From positions 62,001 through 126,000 of the forward strand of contig QPMI01000188.1 of NCBI GenBank assembly GCA_004431415.1: a DNA stretch of 64,000 nt, read 5' to 3'. This stretch comes from Cyanophora paradoxa CCMP329. Its lineage: Eukaryota > Plantae > Glaucophyta. The notes under the pieces are model-generated. The model saw only the letters and a list, made by a program, of their open reading frames with translations, had not been told where the DNA came from and ran no database searches. Of this stretch, positions 12,760 through 24,049 are shown piece by piece (position 1 is the stretch's first letter; every line of letters starts with the position of its first letter). The translations under genes were made by a program, and so were the position numbers.

Positions 12760-14975
12760 GCCCAAGCTCCGCGAGCAGCTCGCGGTGCCGCTCGGAGGAG
12801 GGCGCCGCCTCCAGGCGCCCCCGCACCGCCTCCAGCTGCCGCCAGGCCGGCAGGCAGAGGGGGCACTCGCCCCCGCTCGGGGCCCGCTCGAGGCAGCGCC
12901 CGTGGTACGCGTGCCCGCAGCCGAAGTGCGCGGCCGGCAGGTCCAGCGGCGCCGCGCACGCCGCGCACTTCGACGACTGGCGGGGGGTACTGCGTCAGGG
13001 CTGGGGGGGGGAAGAGAGGGGGGTAGGCGCGCCTGGTAGATCTCGGCGGAGGAGCGGAGGCGGTCGATGTCGGTGCGGGCGCGGGCGGTGCGCTGCCGGA
13101 GGGCCTCGGCGACCTCGCGGCCCCAGGCGAGGGTCTTGGAGAGGTACCCCCGCACGTCCCCGAGGGTGAGGCCGCCCTCGCCGCCCTCGGCCGCGCCGGC
13201 GGCGAGGGCGCGGAAGACGAGGAGCGGGGAGAGCGCGCCCGTCGCCTCCACGGCGTCCAGGGCGCGCGCGAGGTGCCCCGGGAAGCGCCGCGCGTTGCGC
13301 GCGAAGAAGCGCAGCGCGGCGCCCCAGGCGTGGGGTCCGGGGCGGGGGCCCCGGGGGCGGGGCGGCGCAGGCGGCGAGGACGGCGTCGGCGTCGGCGGCC
13401 TCGACAAGACGTGGAGCCGCAGCAGCTCGCGGCGCTGGCCCAGGCGGCCCAGCAGCGCCACCAGGCCCGGCCGGAAGCCGAAGGCGTGGCAGAGCAGCAG
13501 CCCGTGGTGCGGGTCGAGGCCCGAGGCCGGCGCCTCCTCCGCCATGCGCGCCGCCCGTGCCCGCGCCCCTCCGAGCCCTCCTGCAGCAGGCACTCGAAGA
13601 GCGCGTTCGCCACGCGCGCGGGGGCGGCCCCGCGGGGCGGCGGCGGCGGCCTCGAGGAACGAGAGGAGCTCGGCGCCGTGCTCGGGGCCGAAGAGGGGCA
13701 GGAACGGCTCCGGGTCCGCCCGCTGCCGCCGCGACGGCGCCGGCGGGGTCGCCAGCGCCGGCGGGAGGGCCCGGCTCGAGACGGGGCGGGAGGAGGAAGA
13801 GCCGGAGGGCGGCCGGCGGCCGGGGCGGGGAGGGCGAGGAGGCGCCCGAGGGGCCGCCGAGGGCGCTGGCGGGGCCGGGGCGGCGGGGCGGCGGCGAAGT
13901 TGCTGCGGGCGGCGTCAGGCGCGCGGGAGCGGGGCGGGCCGGACGGCACAGAGCCCGCCGCGCACCCCGAGACGAGGTCGACCAGGAGGCCCGTCGCCTC
14001 CGCCGGCAGCTGCCGCAGGAGCTCCCGCCCGAACCTGCGCCGCCGTCGGCCGGCGCGGCGCGGCGCGCGGCGTGGCGCGGAGCGCGGCGCGACGAGGCGT
14101 GGCTGAAGAGGCGCACTGGAGGGCGTGGGCGAGGGCGGCGTCGAAGGGGAGGCGCCGGAGGTGGGCGAGGGCGGCGGCCGCGTCGCGCAGCTCCTCGAGC
14201 TGGATCCGCAGGTAGGCGGCGTGCAGGCCGTGCCGCCGGGCCAGGTAGAGCGCGTGGCTGTGCAGGCCGGCCGCCGAGCACGCCGCGATTGCCGCGCGCA
14301 CGTCGAACGAGTGCCGCGCGGCGCCCTTCTCCTTCTCCTTTTCCGCCTGCGCCGCCGGTGAGGCGCGGGCGTGAAGCGGGGACAGAGAGGCACGCCGGGC
14401 GGACCTCGAGGTCGGACCTGCGGCCGGACTTGCGGCCCGGGCGCTCCGGCGAGCCACTGCGGCGCGGCGCGAGCCGCCTCCGCGAGCGCTGCGAAGGCGG
14501 CGGCTGCTGCTGCTCGCCCTCCGCCGCGGAAGGCGCCTCGCCCGCCTCCGGCGCCTCCTCCACCCCCGCCTCGTCGCCCTCGCTGCCGCTGCGGGCGTCG
14601 GCGGCGGCGGCGGCCTCGGCGGCCTCCTGGTCGGCGTCGGCGCCCTTGCGGCCGATGAAGCGCGCCAGCCGCTCCGTGTCACGCAGCGGCGCGCGCGCGC
14701 GCTCCCGGGCCTCAGCGGACGACGGGCGGGAGCGAGGAGCGTTCTGTTACCTTCACGTAGCACTGGAGGAGCAGCGTGGTGTGCTCGCCTGATGCTCCTT
14801 TGCACAGGTGAAGCGTCTCCAGGAACTTGGTGAGGTTCTCGATTTGCCGCGGCGCGCGCCCACACGGGTGACGTTAGATGGGAGGGGGCGGGCCCGGCTG
14901 CGGCGCGCGCCTTGCCGCGCCGCCGTAGATCAGGCGGCGGATGACGCGGGACGACTCGCCGTGCGGGATCGGCGG
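12760..14975 (-). pseudogene. VPS11: VPS11 C-terminal half, tandem copy 3
   Basis: Near-identical to 5560-7790. Confidence 0.85.
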
Positions 14976-15537
14976 GCCAGCGGGGCCCGCCCCCGCCCAA
15001 ATGCAGATGGAGATCATGATACAGGCGCAGCTTAGCGCCAGCGCAGCATGTGCGCAAGCATTTAATGCGCATCGAAGCGCATGCAAAATGCACCGGCCCC
15101 GCAAACGGCAAGAAGTCGACGCGCTAAAAGCTTAAATTTCGATCACTCGGTTCGCGTTCAGCCGCGTTCGCGAAGCCTGCGTCGTTTTCTGGGCCGGGGA
15201 TGCCAACGGTGGCGATTGCGCCCTACCCCGGTGCCACTTTTGCCCCGGCGAATGCGCTCTACCCCCGGTTGCAAAAAAACGCGGTGAAGGGAGACCAGCT
15301 GGCATGAGTGAAGGGCATGGCTGCACCGTGCTTACTGCGCAGTGAAACGCATCACACTCGGCGCCAGACCTTCGCCGTCCGGTACGTGCAGCCCTGACCG
15401 GTGCGCTCCGCCCGCCCGCGGCGCTTGGCATGCGCGTGCGATGGAGCTCATCGTTCGAGCAGGCTAGCCGCGACCTCGCGGATCGCGGCATCGCCGCGCT
15501 CTCAGATCTTCTCCTCTTCTCCACCAGCTAATCAGCC

Positions 15538-15978
15538 ATGGCTTCCCAGGTGCGTCGCCAGGGCCTCGCAGCGTCCGCATACATGCGTGAACGAATCGCC
15601 GCAGGATCGGGGCATTCGTGACGACTCCATCAAGGTGCGCGACAAGGTGCGCGGCGATCTTCTTCAAGTCGACGAGCTCGAGATGTTTTCCGCACGCGTT
15701 TTCTCGTCCGAGACGGACGCGAAGATCGGAGGTGAGTGCTGACGCCGACCCCTCCACCACTTTCGTTGACGATCTCGTTCGCAGCCTCGGCTGAGAGTTT
15801 GGCCAAAGACTTTTCCCAGGCCACGAAGAGCTTCGACCAAATCTGCAAAGACGTCGGCCTGGGCGCGAAGGCGCTTGGATTCGGCTTTGGAGTCGGCTCC
15901 TTCCTCGTCGGGGCCGGTGTGTTTATTCTAAGCGTCCGCCGCGGCCGTGTCCCACCGAGCGTCTCCGGCTTCGGGTGA
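15538..15978 (+). CDS. Small tail-anchored-like gene, copy 3
   Basis: Same structure as 8351-8791. Confidence 0.7.
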
Positions 15979-16359
15979 GCTTATCGTCTGGTGCCGTGGT
16001 AGTGCCCTGTTGCTGAGCTCTTTCGCAGCAATGTTTCATCGCGTGTGTGACGCGCATGCTCTAGATCTTTAATGGCGCACGTGCACGCAGCAAATTAGAG
16101 AGTTCACAGAGTCTCTCAGAGTATGTAGACAAGCGAATTAGAGAGTTGACAGCATGTGCTTGTTGCTTCTCTGGGTTTTGTGCGAATCCGCCAGCTGCAG
16201 TGTGCATGTACATGTGGCGCCGTGGCACCGCCAATGCTTCTGGATCGTTCCGAAGTTCGGGCTAGGCGGAGGGGGCGGGGAGGGGCCCGGCGCGGGCGTG
16301 GGCGAGGAATTCGGGGATGAGGCGGAAGCCGTCCTCCCGCGGGGCCGCCCGCCCAAGCT

Positions 16360-17320
16360 CCGCGAGCAGCTCGCGGTGCCGCTCGGAGGAGGGCGCCGCC
16401 TCCAGGCGCCCCCGCACCGCCTCCAGCTGCCGCCAGGCCGGCAGGCAGAGGGGGCACTCGCCCCCGCTCGGGGCCCGCTCGAGGCAGCGCCCGTGGTACG
16501 CGTGCCCGCAGCCGAAGTGCGCGGCCGGCAGGTCCAGCGGCGCCGCGCACGCCGCGCACTTCGACGACTGGCGGGGGGTACTGCGTCAGGGCTGGGGGGG
16601 GGGAAGAGAGGGGGGTAGGCGCGCCTGGTAGATCTCGGCGGAGGAGCGGAGGCGGTCGACGCCGGCGCGGGCGCGGGCGGTGCGCTGCCGGAGGGCCTCG
16701 GCGACCTCGCGGCCCCAGGCGAGGGTCTTGGAGAGGTACCCCCGCACGTCCCCGAGGGTGAGGCCGCCCTCGCCGCCCTCGGCCGCGCCGGCGGCGAGGG
16801 CGCGGAAGACAAGGAGCGGGGAGAGCGCGCCCGTCGCCTCCACGGCGCCCAGGGCGCGCGCGAGGTGCCCCGGGAAGCGCCGCGCGTTGCGGGCGAAGAA
16901 GCGCAGCGCGGCGCGCCAGGCGTGGGGGTCCGGGGCAGGGGCCCCCGGGGGCGGGGCGGCGCAGGCGGCGAGGACGGCGTCAGCTTTGCCGGCCTCGATG
17001 TGGAGCCGCAGCAGCTCGCGGCGCTGGCCCAGGCGGAGGAGGAGGAGCCGGAGGGGCGGCCGGCTGCCAGGGCGGGGACGGGCGAGGGCGAGGGCTCGGG
17101 GCGGCGGGGCGGGCCGGGACGGCAGAGCCCATCGCGCACCCCGAGACGAGGCCGGTCGACTCCTCCAGTAGCTGACGCAGGAACTCCTAGGTCGCCGCCC
17201 CTAGGTCGACTCATCTAAACCTGCGCCGCCCTAGGTCGCCTAGCGCGGCGAGGCGAGGCGGCACGCAAGCGAGCACACTGGAGGGCGCGGGAGAGGGCGG
17301 AGTCGCAGAGGGCCGACCAG
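16360..17320 (-). pseudogene. VPS11: VPS11 3' fragment, copy 4, degenerate/deleted upstream part
   Basis: RING-end region intact; 16980-17320 consists of deleted and mutated VPS11 pieces. Confidence 0.75.
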
Positions 17321-17331
17321 CTGGGGCGTCA

Positions 17332-20300
17332 CTCGCCCCGCTGTGCTTCCGCTCCAGCTGCGCGCGGGGCGGGCTGTGAGCGAGGACTGGGCAGCGGCGC
17401 GGTGGCGATGCGCACCCGAGGCTGGCAGAGGTCGCTGCGGAGCTCGCCGAGCCCTGCACACGCGGCGTCCGGCGAGGCTTCTCTGCGGCCGCGTCGAATC
17501 CGATCCAGTGGCTGTGCCCGAACGCCCGCACGCGTTCTTCGCCGCCACCGCGCGCGCTCGGGGCCGCAAGCTGGCACTCTGCTCCGTACGCGTGAGAGGA
17601 ATCAACGCGGCTTCTGCGGGGCCTCACGTTTCACGGCACCATCAGGCTGCGCTCATGCAGCCAGTGGCCTTACAATCCGTGGACTCCGAGATTTCCGAGG
17701 GAGAGCCGTGTGAGAAACTCCAAACAGAGGCTGAGCTACATCTCCGCAGCGGCTGCAAGACGCAGTGGGCCTTGCCAAGTTACAGCCCCGGGCAGCGACC
17801 TACTGAGCTGACGAGCGGCGGGCGCTGGACGTACACGACCGAAAGTCCCCGCAGGCTGCATACGTAACGAAGGCGCCAATCCCACCGCTCGGCCGCGGGA
17901 CGGCCCAGCTGCAGGCGAACGCCCGCAACACGTACCCCCCCGATTGATCGGGTTTTACGGTTAATTCTGTTCAATCCTCTCCAGCGGCCGGCAGCGCTCT
18001 GCGGGCGGCTCCGGCCAGTGGGCAATGATGAGCACATTAATCTGCATCCCAGGGACCTCTACGACGCCTTCCCCAAGCGGCGCTCGAAGGGCGAAGCTTC
18101 GGTTCGTGTGCAAGCGCGCCTTGCAGCCTCGACTCTAAGACGCGAGCCGGCGGCGCAGATGGGGTTCTGGAGTTCTCAGGAGCCGTTCGCATCACGCCAA
18201 CGCCCGTGCCGCGCGAAGCGGGAACGCCGCCGGCCTCGAGCGATCGAGGACGGTCGCCGCAGGCGGAGCGCCAGCAGCTCTCCTGAAGCCGGCTTATCGT
18301 CGACCGCAATCGATAAGGACGCGCTGGACGCAGTGACGTGGAGAAAAGCTGGCACGTCGATTGAGCAGGGTTTACGGTGAAATCTGCTCAATCCTGTGGA
18401 GCGGCTGGCCGCGGCTTGCGGCGGCCTCCGGCGAGTGGGCGACGTTCAGCGCATCGATCTGCATCCCAGGGACATCTACGACGGCTTCCCCAAGCTGTGC
18501 TCGCGGAGCCGAGCTTCGGTCCGTACGCGTGGGTACGGTGCGCGCCTCCCGGGAAGCTCGAGGCGGGCGCCAGCAGCTCGCCGGGAGGTCGCTTATCGTT
18601 GACTGCAGCAATAGACGCATTCAAGCGAGGATGAGCTAGGTGCGGGCCTGCCCCCGCTCTCTGTGCCGGTTTCGGCCAACCTGTGATCTTGAGCTCCTCG
18701 CCGCAGTGTCTGTCGGCGGCCGCCGCCGCACTGGAGGTGTAGCAGGAGATCTTCTGGTCCACTAGTCCGGCCTCCTGCGGGCCCAAGATCGGGCGGTGCG
18801 CGCGCCGCTGGCGCCGCTCCTAGGCCTGCGGCCGAGAAAGGGCCTGTGGCCGAGGAAGTTGCCTTGCTTACTCGCGCGCAGCACGGAGGCTGCATATGGG
18901 CCTGATTGACGGCGCACGCGCACCGATCCGTTCGTACGGGGCGCGCTGCGCCCCCTCCCGCCTCCATGAGACGGTCGGCGCCGGCGCGGCGGCGTGCGGC
19001 GGTGGCGTGCGGTCTGGCGGCGGGCTTTGAATTTCAGGGAGCATCGAGCGGCGCCCCCGGCGTCCGCTCCCCCTCTCTCCGGCGCCCGGGCCTTGCGGAA
19101 GGCGGCTGCTGGGCCTCACGGCGGCCGCGCGGCCCGGCCGTGGGATGGGAGTCTGCCTTGCTGGCAGACGTGCAGCTGCAGCTGCAGTACGATTATCTAT
19201 ATAGCGTGTAACCGTGATGCCAATCCCCCGCTCCGCGGATTGACGCACCGTGGCACTAGTACTGGCGAAACGAGGTGTCGAAGCCTCGATGAATATTGCA
19301 ATTGCAATTGCAATGAAGCGGCTATGATACTCGAGTGCGAAAGTCTTGAGAGGCTTAGAAAGGTGCTTGATAGCCTGCCTAGCTAGTAGCTCCTGAACGT
19401 GAACAAGAAAACTAGTGAAGATCAAATGGCCAACGTTAACAGCTTTGGAAGGCATTCGTAACCTCAAGAGAGATCGAGAGAAGAGCGCTAGCGAGCCAAG
19501 ATCTCGAAGCTTCCGCCAAGGCGCTAAGGAAGCCCAAGGGGCGAAGAAGGGGCGGCCCGCGCCGGCGGCGGCTTCGGGGGGCGGAGCGGGCGGGGTCGCG
19601 CGGCGCGGCCGGGCAGGGAAGAGGGCGAGCAGCGGCGCCGCTGGTCCTCCGCGGCGCCCTTAGACCCCCTCTTGGCGCGTCGCTCGCCCCGCTGTGCTTC
19701 CGCTCCAGCTGCGCGCGGGGCGGGCTGTGAGCGAGGACTGGGCAGCGGCGCGGTGGCGATGCGCACCCGAGGCTGGCAGAGGTCGCTGCGGAGCTCGCCG
19801 AGCCCTGCACACGCGGCGTCCGGCGAGGCTTCTCTGCGGCCGCGTCGAATCCGATCCAGTGGCTGTGCCCGAACGCCCGCACGCGTTCTTCGCCGCCACC
19901 GCGCGCGCTCGGGGCCGCAAGCTGGCACTCTGCTCCGTACGCGTGAGAGGAATCAACGCGGCTTCTGCGGGGCCTCACGTTTCACGGCACCATCAGGCTG
20001 CGCTCATGCAGCCAGTGGCCTTACAATCCGTAGACTCCGAGATTTCCGAGGGAGAGCCGTGTGAGAAACTCCAAACAGAGGCTGAGCTACATCTCCGCAG
20101 CGGCTGCAAGACGCAGTGGGCCTTGCCAAGTTACAGCCCCGGGCAGCGACTTACTGAGCTGACGAGCGGCGGGCGCTGGACACGACCGAAAGTCCCCGCA
20201 GGCTGCATTCGTAACGAAGGCGCCAATCCCACCGCTCGGCCGCGGGACGGCCCAGCTGCAGGCGAACGCCCGCAACACATACCCCCCCGATTGATGGGGT

Positions 20301-22790
20301 TTTACGGTTAATTCTGTTCAATCCTCTCCCGCGGGACGGCCCAGCTGCAGGCGGCGAACGCCCGCAACACGTACCCCCCCGATTGATCGGGTTTTACGGT
20401 TAATTCTGTTCAATCCTCTCCAGCGGCCGGCAGCGCTCTGCGGGCGGCTCCGGCCAGTGGGCAATGATGAGCACATTAATCTGCATCCCAGGGACCTCTA
20501 CGACGCCTTCCCCAAGCGGCGCTCGAAGGGCGAAGCTTCGGTTCGTGTGCAAGCGCGCCTTGCAGCCTCGACTCTAAGACGCGAGCCGGCGGCGCAGATG
20601 GGGTTCTGGAGTTCTCAGGAGCCGTTCGCATCACGCCAACGCCCGTGCCGCGCGAAGCGGGAACGCCGCCGGCCTCGAGCGATCGAGGACGGGGTCGCCG
20701 CAGGTGGAGCGCCAGCAGCTCTCCTGAAGCCGGCTTATCGTCGACCGCAATCGACAAGGACGCGCTGGACGCAGTGACGTGGAGATAAGCTGGCACGTCG
20801 ATTGAGCAGGGTTTACGGTGAACTCTGCTCAATCCTGTGGAGCGGCTGGCCGCGGCTTGCGGCGGCCTCCGGCGAGTGGGCGACGTTCAGCGCATCGATC
20901 TGCATCCCAGGGACATCTACGACGGCTTCCCCAAGCTGTGGTCCGTGGGTACGGTGCGCGCCTCCCGGGAAGCTCGAGGCGGGCGCCAGCAGCTCGCCGG
21001 GAGGTCGCTTATCGTTGACTGCAGCAATAGACGCATTCAAGCGAGGATGAGCTAGGTGCGGGCCTGCCCCCGCTCTCTCTGCCGGTTTCGGCCAACCTGT
21101 GATCTTGAGCTCCTCGCCGCAGTGTCTGTCGGCGGCCGCCGCCGCACTGGAGGTGTAGCAGGAGATCTTCTGGTCCACTGGTCCGGCCTCCTGCGGGCCC
21201 AAGATCGGGCGGTGCGCGCGCCGCTGGCGCCGCTCCTAGGCCTGCGGCCGAGAAAGGGCCTGTGGCCGAGGAAGTTGCCTTGCTTACTCGCGCGCAGCAC
21301 GGAGGCTGCATATGGGCCTGATTGACGGCGCACGCGCACCGATCCGTTCGTACGGGGCGCGCTGCGCCCCCTCCCGCCTCCATGAGACGGTCGGCGCCGG
21401 CGCGGCGGCGGGCGGCGGTGGCGTGCGGTCTGGCGGCGGGCTTTGAATTTCAGGGAGCATCGAGCGGCGCCCCCGGCGTCCGCTCCCCCTCTCTCCGGCG
21501 CCCGGGCCTTGCGGAAGGCGGCGGCTGGGCCTCACGGCGGCCGCGCGGCCCGGCCGTGGGATCGGAGTCTGCCTTGCTGGCAGACGTGCAGCTGCAGCTG
21601 CAGTACGATTATCTATAGCGTGTAACCGTGATGCCAATCCCCCGCTCCGCGGATTGACGCACCGTGGCACTAGTACTGGCGAAACGAGGTGTCGAAGCCT
21701 CGATGAATATTGCAATTGCAATTGCAATGAAGCGGCTATGATACTCGAGTGCGAAAGTCTTGAGAGGCTTAGAAAGGTGCTTGATAGCCTGCCTAGCTAG
21801 TAGCTCCTGAACGTGAACAAGAAAACTAGTGAAGATCAAATGGCCAACGTTAACAGCTTTGGAAGGCATTCGTAACCTCAAGAGAGATCGAGAGAAGAGC
21901 GCTAGCGAGCCAAGATCTCGAAGCTTCCGCCAAGGCGCTAAGGAAGCCCAAGGGCGAAGAAGGGGCGGCCCGCGCCGGCGGCGGCTTCGGGGGGCGGAGC
22001 GGGCGGGGTCGCGCGGCGCGGCCGGGCAGGGAAGAGGGCGAGCAGCGGCGCCGCTGGTCCTCCGCGGCGCCCTTAGACCCCCTCTTGAAGCGTCGCTCGC
22101 CCCGCTGTGCTTCCGCTCCAGCTGCGCGCGGGGCGGGCTGTGAGCGAGGACTGGGCAGCGGCGCGGTGGCGATGCGCACCCGAGGCTGGCAGAGGTCGCT
22201 GCGGAGCTCGCCGAGCCCTGCACACGCGGCGTCCGGCGAGGCTTCTCTGCGGCCGCGTCGAATCCGATCCAGTGGCTGTGCCCGAACGCCCGCACGCGTT
22301 CTTCGCCGCCACCGCGCGCGCTCGGGGCCGCAAGCTGGCACTCTGCTCCGTACGCGTGAGAGGAATCAACGCGGCTTCTGCGGGGCCTCACGTTTCACGG
22401 CACCATCAGGCTGCGCTCATGCAGCCAGTGGCCTTACAATCCGTGGACTCCGAGATTTCCGAGGGAGAGCCGTGTGAGAAACTCCAAACAGAGGCTGAGC
22501 TACATCTCCGCAGCGGCTGCAAGACGCAGTGGGCCTTGCCAAGTTACAGCCCCGGGCAGCGACCTACTGAGCTGACGAGCGGCGGGCGCTGGACACGACC
22601 GAAAGTCCCCGCAGGCTGCATACGTAACGAAGGCGCCAATCCCACCGCTCGGCCGCGGGACGGCCCAGCTGCAGGCGAACGCCCGCAACACATACCCCCC
22701 CGATTGATGGGGTTTTACGGTTAATTCTGTTCAATCCTCTCCCGCGGGACGGCCCAGCTGCAGGCGGCGAACGCCCGCAACACGTACCCC
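17332..22790. repeat. ~2.4-kb tandem repeat (units start 17332, 19683, 22096); third unit interrupted by the YR retrotransposon
   Basis: ctcgccccgctgtgcttcc... recurs with periods 2351 and 2413; the third unit resumes at 35376. Confidence 0.95.
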
Positions 22791-23120
22791 ACGTCGTATG
22801 CGCGCAAGGCGTAGACGAAGATTTGTGCGAGCCGGAAGTGCCAAAATTAGCCGAGTCGCCAGTTTCGCGGCCAAGCGGGATCGAACCCGCGGCCCCGGGG
22901 GCCCTCACGTTAATTGCGTAAATTGCGCAATCTCACGACAACAATCGTCATGGGGCGCGTGCCGAATTATCCCCCGGCGGCCGGACAGGGTAGCCCCCCG
23001 GCGTCGCCGGGAATATTAGGCCGGCCCCCGCCAGTTAGAGCCAGTTGCTTGCGCGACCGCACGGACGCGACCGCGCCCGTGCGGCCGCACCTCTAAATAA
23101 ATCGCGAGAATAGCCTCGCG
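22791..23120 (+). repeat. Terminal repeat A1 (330 bp)
   Basis: acgtcgtatgcgcgcaaggc...tagcctcgcg, matches 31001-31330. Confidence 0.95.
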
Positions 23121-24049
23121 CAGCAGCAGTAAGTAGCGTTGTATGCCCTCTGAGCAGCTCGCGGGCGTGCTTTCGACCGTCGAAGCGACCAAAATGCAGC
23201 TCAGCCTGCACAACGCCGAACCTCGCGAGTTTTTAACTCGCTACCTCCGTCGCGCCGGTCCTGCCGCGGGAGGCCTTCAGCTCAACTCCATCTCGGCGCC
23301 CGGCGATGAGTTGCACGCGGACCAACTCGTCCTCCCAGGTCAGTGGTGCCCCTCGGGGCGCGCGCAGTGTAGGTGGCCCGCAGGTTCTCTGCAATCACGG
23401 CATCACACTTCGCGGCCACGCCTGGGCAAGGACGAGCGAGACCGCCGATCTCGTCGTCGCGCGCACCGAGATCGGGATCGCGATCGCGACACACACCTGC
23501 GCGCACCGCCAGGCCCCACGTCACGGTCGTGCCCCCCTCTCGATAAGACGCCTTCCCATGGCAACAGCGGCCCGCGCAAGTCTCTTTTTGCGCGATGGTC
23601 ACCGGTTTCGCGCAGATTTCGAGTCTCCGCAAAAAGTGCGCGCACTTCACGATGGCCTGCTTCCGGCCAAGCCAGGGAGCACGCCCTCGCCCTGCGCGCA
23701 CGCTGCCGCACTAACCGGGTTCGAGGCGGGCGGCCTCGCCTCCGAGTCGAGCCTGATCGTCGAAGTCCCGGCCGCGCGACGGCGCAGGGGCGCGGATCAG
23801 GATCCTCGTCCCCCTGGGCGCACGACGGGCGCGGCGTGGGTGAGGCTAAGTCCCACCGCACGCCAGCTGTCCGCGTCGCCTCGAGTTCTCACACTCGCCT
23901 GCCGCGCGCAGATCGCGCCGACACCTCGCGTCAATCAGCGCTGAGGAGCGCGATCGCGAGCCTCCGGCTCGGACACCCCGCTAACCTTGCGGGAGGGGCT
24001 AGAGCGCTCACTACGCGACCGCTCGCCTCGCTCACGCCTTCGCGCGCAG

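Larger units (their letters stand above)
5455..17250. repeat. ~3.59-kb tandem segmental repeat, ~3.3 copies (VPS11 3' half + small gene)
   Basis: Near-identical units; the small-gene ATG recurs at 8351, 11948 and 15538 (periods 3597 and 3590); last copy scrambled at ~16980-17300. Confidence 0.95.

Noticed and set aside
1-17300. Many long Arg/Pro/Gly/Ala-rich ORFs (e.g. 5331-7925, 8951-11521)
   Set aside because: Stop-poor shadows of very high GC sequence; the real coding is spliced and switches frames.
17900-22790. CRISPR-like array of hairpin repeats
   Set aside because: Intervening sequences are themselves repeated and irregular in length, no cas genes are present, and the context is eukaryotic.
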